In this document: positions 10,480-19,580 of the stretch, in pieces
Layout of the letters: each line of letters opens with the position of its first letter
How positions within the stretch are numbered: the stretch's first letter is position 1
Assembly: GCA_022826665.1 (NCBI GenBank)
Contig: JAJDUK010000005.1
Coordinates: 55,262-119,261, forward strand
Direction of reading: 5' to 3'
DNA: 64,000 nt
Source: Alphaproteobacteria bacterium
GTDB lineage: Bacteria; Pseudomonadota; Alphaproteobacteria; UBA828
The notes under the pieces: generated by a model
Told to the model about the DNA's origin: nothing
Seen by the model: the letters and a program-made list of their open reading frames with translations, nothing else
Database searches by the model: none
Program-made: the position numbers and the translations under genes

Positions 10480-11336
10480 CGGCGGAAGAACCGGCCGGTG
10501 ATGCCCTGCGGCAGCAGCCTGAGCAGAATGACCGCGGCGATCAGCAGCGCGACGTCGCCCATGACCGGCGTCCAGAGGAAGGTGGTGACCTGGTTCACGG
10601 TGCCGAAGAACGCCGACGCGGACGAGGTGCCGGTGACGATGGCCTCGCCGCCGCCGATCACGGTGATGAAGGCCTTGGCGATGAAGGCCGCGCCCATTGT
10701 GGGCAGCAGGCCGGTCACCGGGGCGAGCGCGGCGCCCGCAAGCCCGGTCAACGCGGCGCCCACACCGAAGGTGATGGTGTAGACGTGCTGGGGGCTGATG
10801 CCGAGCGCGGCTGCCATGTCGGCGTTCTGCATGGTGCCGCGCGCGATCAGCCCTGCGCGCGAATAGCGCAGCACGACGAAGATCACCGCGATTACCAGCA
10901 CACCGAGGAAGATGATGAAGAGCCGGTACTGGCTCTCGACGAACTCGCCGATCTCGAAGCTGCCGAGCGGCGAGACCACGCTCTCGGTCGCATTGCCGAA
11001 GATGGTGGTGATGACGCCGATGAAGAGCAGCGAGAGCCCCCAGGTCGCGATCAGGGTGTCCATCATGCGGCCGTAGAGGAAGCGGACGATGAAGCGCTCG
11101 ACGATCACGCCGACGATGCCGACGAAGAGGGGCGCGATCACCAGCATCGAGACCCAGAAGTTGATGCCGGCCTTGGTCGAGACGACCACAGCGTAGGCGC
11201 CGAGCATCAGGAATTCGCCGTGGGCCAGGTTGATGACCCGCATCATGCCGAAAATGACGGCCAGCCCCGCGCTGATGAGCGCGAGGCTGGCCACGGTATA
11301 GCCGATCTGGACGGCGATGATGCCGGCGAGGTCCAT
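10470..11336 (-). CDS. branched-chain amino acid-type ABC transporter permease (LivH-like)
   Basis: 288-aa hydrophobic ORF. Sits in an operon between the solute-binding protein and the LivM-like gene, with a 10-nt overlap. Confidence 0.75.
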   Translation of the reverse strand: MDLAGIIAVQIGYTVASLALISAGLAVIFGMMRVINLAHGEFLMLGAYAVVVSTKAGINFWVSMLVIAPLFVGIVGVIVERFIVRFLYGRMMDTLIATWGLSLLFIGVITTIFGNATESVVSPLGSFEIGEFVESQYRLFIIFLGVLVIAVIFVVLRYSRAGLIARGTMQNADMAAALGISPQHVYTITFGVGAALTGLAGAALAPVTGLLPTMGAAFIAKAFITVIGGGEAIVTGTSSASAFFGTVNQVTTFLWTPVMGDVALLIAAVILLRLLPQGITGRFFRRWL

Positions 11337-11362
11337 GATCGGTAACGACGACTAGAAAGAGG

Positions 11363-12604
11363 TCAGTCGACCTCGATCCGGTACTGGGTCGCCTGATTCG
11401 GATTGGCGATCAGGTCGCAGACCGTGGCGGTGTCGTCCGGCGTCCGGTTCTCGGCCACCTCGACGATGTTGAAGTTGCCGCCGTTCAGCTCGGCAATCGC
11501 CGCGCTCATGATCGTGTGGTGGGTGGGCGGATCCATCGTCACTGTGCCGCCCGGCCCCTCGACCGAGATCCCAGTCTCCAGCGCCTCGATCACCGCCATG
11601 CGGTCGATGGTTTCGGCTTGCTCCACCGCCTTCTTCCACATGTTGACCGAGTTGTAGGTGCAGATCGCGAGGGTGCCGATTTCCTGGGCATCTTCGCCGT
11701 AACGGCCGCGCCACTTCTCCAGGAACGCCGCGTTGGCCGGCGAGTCGATGCTCTGGAAGTAGTGGTAGGAGCACATGATACCCTCGGACTCAGCGGCCGA
11801 GACGAAGGCGTTCTCCCACGGCCCGAACACGGTGGACGCCACCGGGATCTTGTCCTGCATCCCCGCCGCCGGCCACTGCCGGTAGAAGCCGATGTGGTTG
11901 CCGCCCACCAGCGCCGAGACCACCAGGTCGGGGTCGGCCTGCTGGATCTTGGTGATGGTCGACGCGAAGTCGCCGACATCGAGAGGGAAAAACTCTTCGG
12001 CAATCACCTCGCCCCCAAAATCCTTGGCGTACTTCTTGATCCAGTCGGCGGTGATCTGCCCGTAGATATAGTCGGCGGCGATGGTGTAGACGGTCTTCGC
12101 GCCGAACTTGTCCATCGCGTACTTGAGCAGCGGGCCGTTGATCTGCGCCGGCGTCTCGGCGTTGCAGAAGACCGTTCGGTCGCAGACGCCGCCCTCGTAG
12201 AAGGTGCTGTAGAAGTAAAGCTTGCGGAAGCGGTCGAAGACCGGGCGGATGGATTCGCGCGACGCGCTGGTGATGCCGCCGAAGACGACGTCGACCTGGT
12301 CGCTGGTCGCCAGCCGCTGCGCGTACTGCGAGTAGTTGGCCATGGTCGACTGGGCGTCGTACTCGATGAGTTCGAGCTGCTGGCCCAGCACGCCGCCGCC
12401 CGCGTTGATCTCTTCCACCGCGAACACGAGCGCGTCGGCCATCTCGTTACCGTAAATGCCGATCACGCCGGTGCGGTCGTGCAGCCCGCCGACCCTGATG
12501 GTGTCGGCGCGTGCGGGTTTCACGATCACGGTCGGCGCTGCAGCTATTGCCGCGCCACCGATTCCGGCCGCCTTCAGGAACGTGCGACGATTCACTTTGC
12601 TCAT
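11363..12604 (-). CDS. ABC transporter substrate-binding protein (LivK/amide-urea binding family)
   Basis: 413-aa ORF with Tat/Sec-like leader (RRTFLKAAGIGGAAIAAAP) and a periplasmic binding protein type-I fold. Confidence 0.75.
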   Translation of the reverse strand: MSKVNRRTFLKAAGIGGAAIAAAPTVIVKPARADTIRVGGLHDRTGVIGIYGNEMADALVFAVEEINAGGGVLGQQLELIEYDAQSTMANYSQYAQRLATSDQVDVVFGGITSASRESIRPVFDRFRKLYFYSTFYEGGVCDRTVFCNAETPAQINGPLLKYAMDKFGAKTVYTIAADYIYGQITADWIKKYAKDFGGEVIAEEFFPLDVGDFASTITKIQQADPDLVVSALVGGNHIGFYRQWPAAGMQDKIPVASTVFGPWENAFVSAAESEGIMCSYHYFQSIDSPANAAFLEKWRGRYGEDAQEIGTLAICTYNSVNMWKKAVEQAETIDRMAVIEALETGISVEGPGGTVTMDPPTHHTIMSAAIAELNGGNFNIVEVAENRTPDDTATVCDLIANPNQATQYRIEVD

Positions 12605-12800
12605 CGATAGCCTCCCTGTGTCGGTGCATCCTGCCGTCCGTGCCGGACGCGGCGCGGCCGGGCGCCGGCCTCCTTGCCCAGCGCATCGCCGACGATGGTA
12701 GCCACCTTCAACCGTGGCGACAATCGGCGGGCGCGCTCAAGGCCCGACACGCCCCAATCGAACAAACGCTTGCCCAAACCGGCATAGTCCGGAATGATCC
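12605..12800. promoter_or_regulatory. divergent intergenic region between transporter operon and tetR (inferred promoter/operator region)
   Basis: 196-bp gap between divergently oriented genes. No motif resolved by eye. Confidence 0.3.
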
Positions 12801-13391
12801 TTGGCGGTGGCGGAAACCGACGGGAAGCGCAGGGACAACCGGCGGGGCCGCATTCTGGACGCGGCCGCGGTCGAATTCGCACGCTCCGGTTACAGCGCCA
12901 CCTCGGTGCGGGACATCGCCGCCGCCGCCGGCATCCTGCCCGGCTCGATGTACTACCACTTCGCCTCCAAGGAAGACCTGCTGGCCGCGGTCCATGCCGC
13001 CGGCATCCAGCGGATCAAGGAGCGCGTGCGCGCGGCCATCGAGACCGCGGACGACCCCTGGGACAGGCTGGAGGCCGCCTGCGCCGCCCACGTCGAGACC
13101 CTGCACGCGAGCAAGGACTACGGCTCGGTCATCGCCACCGAGTTCCCGCGCCGGCACTCGCCCAAGCTTCGCGCGCGCATGATCGAGGAGCGCGACGACT
13201 ACGAGAACATCTTCCGCTCGTTGATCGACGACCTGCCGCTGCCCGAGAGCACCAGCCGCAAGTATTTCCGGCTCGCGCTGATCGGCGCCATGGCCTGGTC
13301 CATCGCCTGGTACAGGCCGGGCGAGGACACGGCCGAGGAGATCGCCCGCCACATCGTCAACCTGTTCCGGCCGGCGGCGGAGGCGAAATGA
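12801..13391 (+). CDS. TetR family transcriptional regulator
   Basis: N-terminal HTH ILDAAAVEFARSGYSATSVRDIAAAAG. Its stop overlaps the start of the downstream SDR gene (ATGA). Confidence 0.8.
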   Translation: MAVAETDGKRRDNRRGRILDAAAVEFARSGYSATSVRDIAAAAGILPGSMYYHFASKEDLLAAVHAAGIQRIKERVRAAIETADDPWDRLEAACAAHVETLHASKDYGSVIATEFPRRHSPKLRARMIEERDDYENIFRSLIDDLPLPESTSRKYFRLALIGAMAWSIAWYRPGEDTAEEIARHIVNLFRPAAEAK

Positions 13392-14167
13392 GGCTCGAAG
13401 GCAAGATCGCGGTGGTGACCGGGGCTGCCCGCGGCATCGGCGCGGCCTGCGCCCGGCGCTTCGCCGCCGAGGGCGCGGCGGTCGTCATCGCCGACATCCT
13501 CGAAGAGAAGGGCGAGGCGACGGCTCAGTCGATCCGCGACACAGGCGCCAGCGCCGCCTTCGTCGCCTGCGACACGGGCGACGGCCCGCAGGCGCGCGCC
13601 CTAATCGAGGAGACGCTCACGCGCCACGGCCGCATCGACGTGCTGGTGAACAACGCCGGCATCTTCACCATCGCGGACTTCCTCGACGTGACCGAGGAGG
13701 ACTTCGACCGCGTGCTCCGCGTCAACCTGCGGGGCTATTTCCTGGTGGGCCAGGCGGCGGCGCGGGCGATGGCAGACGCAGGCTCCGGCAGCATCATCAA
13801 CATGTCGTCGGTCAACGCGGAGATGGCGATCGATTCCATCGCGGCCTACGTGGTCAGCAAGGGCGGGGTGAACCAGCTCACCTCGGTCATGTCGCTGGCG
13901 CTCGCGCCCAGGGGCATCCGCGTGAACGCGATCGGCCCGGGCACGATCCTCACCGAGCTCTCGGGCTCGCTGCTCACCGACGAGGCGGCGCGGCGGCGGG
14001 TCCTCTCCCGCACCCCCATGGGCCGTGTCGGCCAGCCGGAGGAGATCGCGGGCATCGCGGTCTTCCTCGCAAGCGACGATTCCTCATACGTCACAGGACA
14101 GGTAATCTACGCCGATGGGGGGCGCATGCGGCTCAACTACACCATGCCGGTGGAGGGCCACGAATAG
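13388..14167 (+). CDS. SDR family oxidoreductase
   Basis: ATG at 13388 inside ORF 12794..14167. TGAARGIG cofactor motif and YVVSK catalytic Y-x3-K. Confidence 0.8.
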   Translation: MRLEGKIAVVTGAARGIGAACARRFAAEGAAVVIADILEEKGEATAQSIRDTGASAAFVACDTGDGPQARALIEETLTRHGRIDVLVNNAGIFTIADFLDVTEEDFDRVLRVNLRGYFLVGQAAARAMADAGSGSIINMSSVNAEMAIDSIAAYVVSKGGVNQLTSVMSLALAPRGIRVNAIGPGTILTELSGSLLTDEAARRRVLSRTPMGRVGQPEEIAGIAVFLASDDSSYVTGQVIYADGGRMRLNYTMPVEGHE

Positions 14168-14178
14168 GGAGCGCGGCC

Positions 14179-14916
14179 ATGACTGACGAACGGAGGACCC
14201 TGATCCTCACCGGCGCGAGTCAGGGGATCGGGCACGCGACGGTCAAGCGCTTCAGCGCGGCGGGCTGGCGGGTCATCACCGCCTCGCGGCGGGCCTTCTC
14301 GGAGGATTGCCCGTGGGAGGCCGGCCCCGAAGACCACATCAGGATCGACCTAGCCGACCCGGAGGACGTCGCGCGCGGCATCGAGGAGATGCGCGGGCGC
14401 TTGGGCGGTGCGCCGCTCGCCGCACTGGTCAACAACGCGGGCATCTCGCCCAAGGGCGAGGACGGCATCCGGCTCGACAGCCTGAGCACCGACCTCGACC
14501 TTTGGCGCGAGGTCTTCCAGGTCAACTTCTACGCGCCGCTGGCGCTGGCGCGGGGCCTCTTCGATGAGCTAAAGCGCGGCCAGGGCAGCGTCGTCAACGT
14601 GACCTCGATCGCGGGCGGGCGGGTTCACCGCTTCGCTGGCAGCGCCTACTCGACCTCTAAGGCGGCGCTGGCGGCGCTCACTCGCGAGATGGCGGCGGAT
14701 TTCGGCCCGCTCGGCATCCGCGTCAACGCCATCGCGCCGGGCGAGATCGACACGCCCATCCTCTCGCCCCAGGCCAACGACCTGCTGCCGGCCATTCCAA
14801 TGGCGCGCCTCGGCAAGCCCTCGGAGGTGGCATCCGCAATCTATTTCCTCTGCTCGGACACGGCCGCCTACATCACCGGCGGCGAGCTGCACGTCAACGG
14901 CGGCGAGCACGTATAG
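14179..14916 (+). CDS. SDR family oxidoreductase
   Basis: 245-aa ORF with TGASQGIG and YSTSK motifs. Confidence 0.8.
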   Translation: MTDERRTLILTGASQGIGHATVKRFSAAGWRVITASRRAFSEDCPWEAGPEDHIRIDLADPEDVARGIEEMRGRLGGAPLAALVNNAGISPKGEDGIRLDSLSTDLDLWREVFQVNFYAPLALARGLFDELKRGQGSVVNVTSIAGGRVHRFAGSAYSTSKAALAALTREMAADFGPLGIRVNAIAPGEIDTPILSPQANDLLPAIPMARLGKPSEVASAIYFLCSDTAAYITGGELHVNGGEHV

Positions 14917-14928
14917 CGATCTAAACAA

Positions 14929-14955
14929 CTGCGGCGCCCAAGGCGGGCGCCGCAG
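14929..14955. terminator. GC-rich hairpin between convergent genes (possible bidirectional terminator, no U-tract)
   Basis: ctgcggcgcc-caaggcg-ggcgccgcag forms a perfect 10-bp stem. No T-run follows on either strand. Confidence 0.3.
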
Positions 14956-14973
14956 CAACCATGACAGCGTAGT

Positions 14974-16266
14974 CTAGGCGGTCTGGAACTCGTTCCAGCG
15001 TTTCACGACGAGGATGTTCTCGTCCATGATCGAGTTCCACACGGCGACCCGGCCCATGCGGTTCGCGAACGAGCCGCCGTCGCGGACGTGGCCGGGCTGT
15101 TCCATGACGTTGCCGAACGGGTCCTTGACCTCGCCTTCCGCCGGCTTGCCCTCGTACCAGTAATCCCACTCCCAGGGCTCCATGAAGCCGCGCGAGTTCT
15201 CGGGCGTGCACATGTAGTAACCCTGCTTGGAGAAGTAGGCGCCGGCCGGGCCCGAGTGGTACCAGTTGAAGTAGTCGTAGAGGGCGCCGAGCTTCTTGCC
15301 CTCGACGTGGCGCGGGATCATCGCGCCGAGCGCCCAGGCCCGGTAGCCTTCCTTGAGGTCGAGGTAGATGCAGGGCACGCCGCGTGCGCGCACCGCCGCC
15401 ACCGCCGGCGACCACATGGACTGCAGCACCACCTCGCCCGAGGTCATCAGATTGACCGAATCGTTGAAGGTGCTCCAGAAGGCGCGGAAGTGCCCGTCCT
15501 TCTTGAGCTGGATCAGCCGGTCGAAGGTGTAGTTGATCTCGTCGACCGTCATGTTGCCCTTGTCGCCGTACTCGATCTCCCCATTGGCCTGGAGCGCCAT
15601 GGCGATATCCATGATGCCGATGCCGGGGAAGTTCTGCAGCGCCGTCCTGCCGCTGAACTCGGGGTTGACGAACTCGGCCCAGGTCTCGATCGGGCGGCCG
15701 ATCTTTTCCGGCTGCGCGCCGAGGGTATCGGCGTTGAAGGTGCCGGGCACGATGGTCATCCATTGGCTGGATTCCGGCTCGACGAAGTCTCTACCGTCGA
15801 TGGCGGAGGTCCAGCAGTAGCGCGACGGGTTCATGCCGTCCCCGTACCAGGCGTCGGCATGGATCGTGCCGCTCTTCTTGTAGATTCCGAGCAGCTGGTC
15901 GAAATGCTCGAGCTTGGTGATGTCGATCGCCTGCATGTTGCCGGACGGGAAGATCTGCGGGAACTGCTCGAGATCCGGCTCGAAGAGGTCGGCCGATCTC
16001 GGCTGCGTGAGGGCACGCTGGCCGATTGTGTTGAGATCGACCGCCGACATGTTGAACTGGAAGCCCAGCGCCTCTTCGGCCATCGCCTCGTAGGTGCTGG
16101 AGATCGTCACCGCCGTGCCGATCATACTGATCTCGATGTCCTTGATGTCCTGCGACCAGACCGTCGGGAAACCGCCGAGGCTTGCGCCGGCCGCCACGCC
16201 GGCGGCCGCTGCCGAGCCCTTGAGTACGGACCGCCTGGAAATTCCTGTCTTCTTGAGATCCGCCAT
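14974..16266 (-). CDS. ABC transporter substrate-binding protein (extracellular solute-binding family)
   Basis: Start placed at MADLKKTGISRRSVLKGSAAAAG (Tat-type leader) inside ORF 14974..16377. Confidence 0.7.
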   Translation of the reverse strand: MADLKKTGISRRSVLKGSAAAAGVAAGASLGGFPTVWSQDIKDIEISMIGTAVTISSTYEAMAEEALGFQFNMSAVDLNTIGQRALTQPRSADLFEPDLEQFPQIFPSGNMQAIDITKLEHFDQLLGIYKKSGTIHADAWYGDGMNPSRYCWTSAIDGRDFVEPESSQWMTIVPGTFNADTLGAQPEKIGRPIETWAEFVNPEFSGRTALQNFPGIGIMDIAMALQANGEIEYGDKGNMTVDEINYTFDRLIQLKKDGHFRAFWSTFNDSVNLMTSGEVVLQSMWSPAVAAVRARGVPCIYLDLKEGYRAWALGAMIPRHVEGKKLGALYDYFNWYHSGPAGAYFSKQGYYMCTPENSRGFMEPWEWDYWYEGKPAEGEVKDPFGNVMEQPGHVRDGGSFANRMGRVAVWNSIMDENILVVKRWNEFQTA

Positions 16267-16511
16267 AAGCTTGCTCCTCCCCGTTATGACGTTCGTGCCG
16301 CACCACGCGCGATGCGATCGGGGGGGAGCCGACGAGCAGGGCGCCCGTCGGCGCCGCCCGTCGCGTTGGAGCAGCACCTCTCCACGCCTTATGGCTCAGC
16401 GGGAAGTATGCGGCCCTGTGGCTCGCAGTACAAGCGCGGCACGGGGCGGCGGGTGCCGACAGTCGGGACGAAGCGTCAGCCGCGTCTCATTCTTGAGCGG
16501 GGATCATTCGC

Positions 16512-16817
16512 TCAGCCGGCCCGTGTTTCGAGTGTCGGAATTCCGGACACGTCGACCATGCGCTCCGCGATTGCCAGGTCGTGGGCCCGCTGCAGGTTGA
16601 GCCAAAAGGCCGCGCCGTTGCCGAACAGCTTGCCGAAACGAACCGCCATCTCGGCCGTGACCGGCTGCTTCTCGTTGAGGATGTCGTAGAGGGTCTGCCG
16701 GGAGATTCCGAGGGCGCCGGCAACGGCCGTCTTGGTCATGCCGAGCGCCGGCAGAACGTCCTCCCGCAGAATCTCTCCCGGATGCACCGGCACTAGGGAC
16801 GGGTGTCTCTTGGCCAT
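16512..16817 (-). CDS. higA: HigA family addiction-module antitoxin (XRE-type HTH)
   Basis: 101-aa ORF. TAVAGALGISRQTLYDILNEKQPVTAEMAVRF is an XRE helix-turn-helix, and the overall pattern matches HigA/VapI. No cognate toxin ORF is adjacent. Confidence 0.65.
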   Translation of the reverse strand: MAKRHPSLVPVHPGEILREDVLPALGMTKTAVAGALGISRQTLYDILNEKQPVTAEMAVRFGKLFGNGAAFWLNLQRAHDLAIAERMVDVSGIPTLETRAG

Positions 16818-16857
16818 CGGTGGCTGCCCTTGATCTCTAGCGCGTTCGGTGGAGGCA

Positions 16858-16934
16858 TGGCGCGCCCGGCAGGACTCGAACCTGCGACCCCAAGCTTAGA
16901 AGGCTCGTGCTCTATCCGGCTGAGCTACGGGCGC
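16858..16934 (-). tRNA. tRNA-Arg (anticodon UCU)
   Basis: The reverse complement folds as a canonical cloverleaf. Acceptor GCGCCCG/CGGGCGC, D-arm GCTC/GAGC, anticodon stem CGAGC/GCTTG with loop CTTCTAA (anticodon TCT), T-arm GCAGG-TTCGAGT-CCTGC, encoded CCA. Confidence 0.85.
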
Positions 16935-17321
16935 CGACCCCGTTCCTACCACGACCGGCCGCAAATGTGATCGACCTTCCCAGCACACGGTAAGTGCCGT
17001 CCCTCGCCTAGTCAGGCCGCGCTCGCACTAGCCCACAACTCGACCTCCGCGTATCGTAACTACGCGATGGTGACGAAGGCCCCGGGCAGAGGTGAGACTG
17101 ACCGTCGCTCCCTACGTGGGCATGACTATGGAGCGCTGGGACGGGGTGGCGAGGGTGGGAATCGTAGTGAGGCGCCCTTGTGCGCCGGCGCCGAGAAGCT
17201 TACATTATTTTCTTGACAAACGGGAGAACACTCAATTGCGTGCTTGTCAGGTGTTGGATACGAGCCGAGGGTGCCCACCTGCGCGACGCAACACCGAGTG
17301 CCAGCTCAAGGGAGGCCGACC

Positions 17322-17576
17322 ATGTCGGAGCTGACCAAGGAGATCGCCGCTTACGAGCGTATGCGTAACGAGCTTGAGACCGATCATCTAGGCAAATGGG
17401 CACTCGTGCACGACGAGGTTCTGGTGGAGGTCTATGCGACGTTCGAGGAGGCAGCAGCTGAGGCTGTGCAACGATTTGGCCGTGGCCCCTACTTGATCCG
17501 CGAAATTGGCGCTGCGCCGATGACGCTTCCGGCATCTGTCCTTTATCATCCTGTGCAGGATCATGCCGTCGGTTGA
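17322..17576 (+). CDS. hypothetical small protein (84 aa)
   Basis: ATG at 17322 preceded by a GGAGG RBS. Overlaps the downstream gene by 14 nt. No recognisable motif. Confidence 0.4.
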   Translation: MSELTKEIAAYERMRNELETDHLGKWALVHDEVLVEVYATFEEAAAEAVQRFGRGPYLIREIGAAPMTLPASVLYHPVQDHAVG

Positions 17577-18015
17577 GTGTGGATTCGTCGATCCCGCAGG
17601 ATCTAGCGGTCCAAACAGCCTCATTCGATTTGGCCCCACCCTCACAGTCCAAATTGGCTTTGACACAGGATATTCTCCTGGGAGTCCTCCCAATTTGCCG
17701 TCAACAGAATTTCACGCGCTCGTTGATACAGGGGCGCTGAGTAGCTGCATTGATTCTACTGTGGCGGCGGCATTGCAATTGCCTATTGTTGACAAGCAAA
17801 AGGTAGCAGGCGTTCATGGTAGTGCAGACGTTAATGTTCACTTGGCGCAAATCTATGTACCTGCACTAGATTTGACGACGCATGGGAGATTCTCGGGAGT
17901 GCACCTTCACGCAGGTGGCCAACCTCACAGCGCTCTTATTGGACGGACTTTTCTTCGATATTTCACCATGATTTACGATGGGGGTACCGGCTCAGTTACA
18001 CTGTCCCGCTCTTAG
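17563..18015 (+). CDS. retropepsin-like aspartic protease domain protein (clan AA)
   Basis: 150-aa ORF with HALVDTGALSSCID (D-T/S-G-A aspartyl protease signature) followed by a hydrophobic flap region. Confidence 0.55.
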   Translation: MPSVECGFVDPAGSSGPNSLIRFGPTLTVQIGFDTGYSPGSPPNLPSTEFHALVDTGALSSCIDSTVAAALQLPIVDKQKVAGVHGSADVNVHLAQIYVPALDLTTHGRFSGVHLHAGGQPHSALIGRTFLRYFTMIYDGGTGSVTLSRS

Positions 18016-18147
18016 TCTCACTGCCAGATCGGCGCCTTCAATAAGTCCCCTTTTGACAAAATATCTTAAGTTTCGTTTCTGCCGACTGTTACCATCCGAA
18101 GCTTGCAGTTCCCACTGGAATCATCAAATTCTCTTGATGGTCCCTCT

Positions 18148-19374
18148 TCACGCCGCGGCTGCGCGCTCCGTGAGCCAGGCCTCGATGCGGGCGATGGATT
18201 CCTCGATCTCCTCGGTGCTCGCGGCGTAGGAGAGGCGGAGGTAGCCCTCGCCGTAGGCGCCGAAGCTGGTGCCGGCGATGGTGGCGACGCCGGCCTCCTC
18301 CAGCAGCCCGTCCTGCAGCGTGCGCGCGTCGAGACCGGTGCCGGTGATGTTGGGCATGGCGTAGAAGGCGCCGGCGGAATCGACGCAGGTGATGCCCTCG
18401 ATCCGGTTGAGCGCGGGGACGATGAGCTTCCGCCGCTCGTCGAAGGTGCGGCGCATGACGTCGACCGACTCCTGCGGGCCGGTGAGCGCCGCGAGCGCCG
18501 CGTGCTGGGTCGGCGCGTTGACGCAAGAGTTGCAGTTGATCGCGAGCCGCGTGGCGTGCGCCGCGAGCGGTGCGGGCCACACCCCGTAGCCGATGCGCCA
18601 GCCGGTCATCGCATAGGTCTTGCTCCAGCCGTCGAGCACGATCACGCGGTCGCGCAGTACCGGATAGTCCAGCATCGTGACATGCTCCCGGCCCTCATAG
18701 AGCAGGCGGCTGTATATTTCGTCGCTCATGATCGCGACGTGGGGATGGGCCTCGAGCCCTTCGGCCAGCCGGTCGAAGGTTTCGCGCGGAACCACGCCGC
18801 CGGTCGGGTTGGCGGGGCTGTTGAGCATGACGAGCCGGGTGCGGGGCGTGATCTTGGCCAGCACCTCCTCGGCATCGAAGGAGAAGCCGGTCTCCTCGTA
18901 GAGCGGGATCGGCACCGGCGTCGCGCCGGAGAACTTGATCGCGGACTCGTAGATGGGGAAGCCCGGATTGGGATAGAGGATCTCGGCCCCCGGCTCGCCG
19001 AACATCAGCGCGGCGAAGAACATTGTGACCTTGCCGCCCGGCACCACCACGACGTTGTCGGGATCGACCTCGCAGCGGCGGTACGTGGCGATGTCGGCGA
19101 CCACCGCCTCGCGCAGGGCCGGGATGCCGTTCGCCGGGGTGTAACCGTGGTGGCCGTCCGCCAGCGCTTTGCGGCCCGCCTCGACGATATGGTCGGGGGT
19201 GCGGAAATCAGGCTGGCCGATCCCGAGATTGATGATGCTGCGCCCGGCCGCCTGCAAGGCGCCCGCGCGGGCCAATACGTCGAAGGCGGTCTCGGTCCCG
19301 AGCCGCCCCATGCGCTCGGCGATCTGCACGTGCGCCTCCCTGTCCCACTCAAAGGCCGCGCATGATGCCACCAA
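18148..19374 (-). CDS. pyridoxal phosphate-dependent aminotransferase (class I/II, aspartate aminotransferase-like)
   Basis: 408-aa ORF. INLGIGQPDF, NPANPTGGV and PLP lysine block LDGWSKTYAMTGWRIGY. Precise start is uncertain. Confidence 0.8.
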   Translation of the reverse strand: MVASCAAFEWDREAHVQIAERMGRLGTETAFDVLARAGALQAAGRSIINLGIGQPDFRTPDHIVEAGRKALADGHHGYTPANGIPALREAVVADIATYRRCEVDPDNVVVVPGGKVTMFFAALMFGEPGAEILYPNPGFPIYESAIKFSGATPVPIPLYEETGFSFDAEEVLAKITPRTRLVMLNSPANPTGGVVPRETFDRLAEGLEAHPHVAIMSDEIYSRLLYEGREHVTMLDYPVLRDRVIVLDGWSKTYAMTGWRIGYGVWPAPLAAHATRLAINCNSCVNAPTQHAALAALTGPQESVDVMRRTFDERRKLIVPALNRIEGITCVDSAGAFYAMPNITGTGLDARTLQDGLLEEAGVATIAGTSFGAYGEGYLRLSYAASTEEIEESIARIEAWLTERAAAA

Positions 19375-19580
19375 AGGAGGCTGCGCGGAACCGGACCTGC
19401 GCTATCATGCGGCGCCGACAGGGAGAGAACTCCGGGCTAGCGCACATCAAGTCCTTCTGTGGCGTTTGCTGTCCTCTCCTGCCGCAGATAATATCCAACG
19501 TAATCAGTAGGATATCTCCAAACGACGATTCTTGCAGTCACCCGAAAGCTCCGCTAGTCTCATTCATAACGTGGGACAGA

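Larger units (their letters stand above)
17100..18147. mobile_element. low-GC islet adjacent to tRNA-Arg (foreign two-gene module)
   Basis: GC falls visibly (about 50%) relative to flanks. Contains the small ORF and the retropepsin-like gene. Confidence 0.35.

Noticed and set aside
17213-17218. TTGACA hexamer upstream of the small ORF/retropepsin pair as a sigma-70 -35 box
   Set aside because: No convincing -10 hexamer at a 16-18 bp spacing. A single hexamer match is not sufficient.
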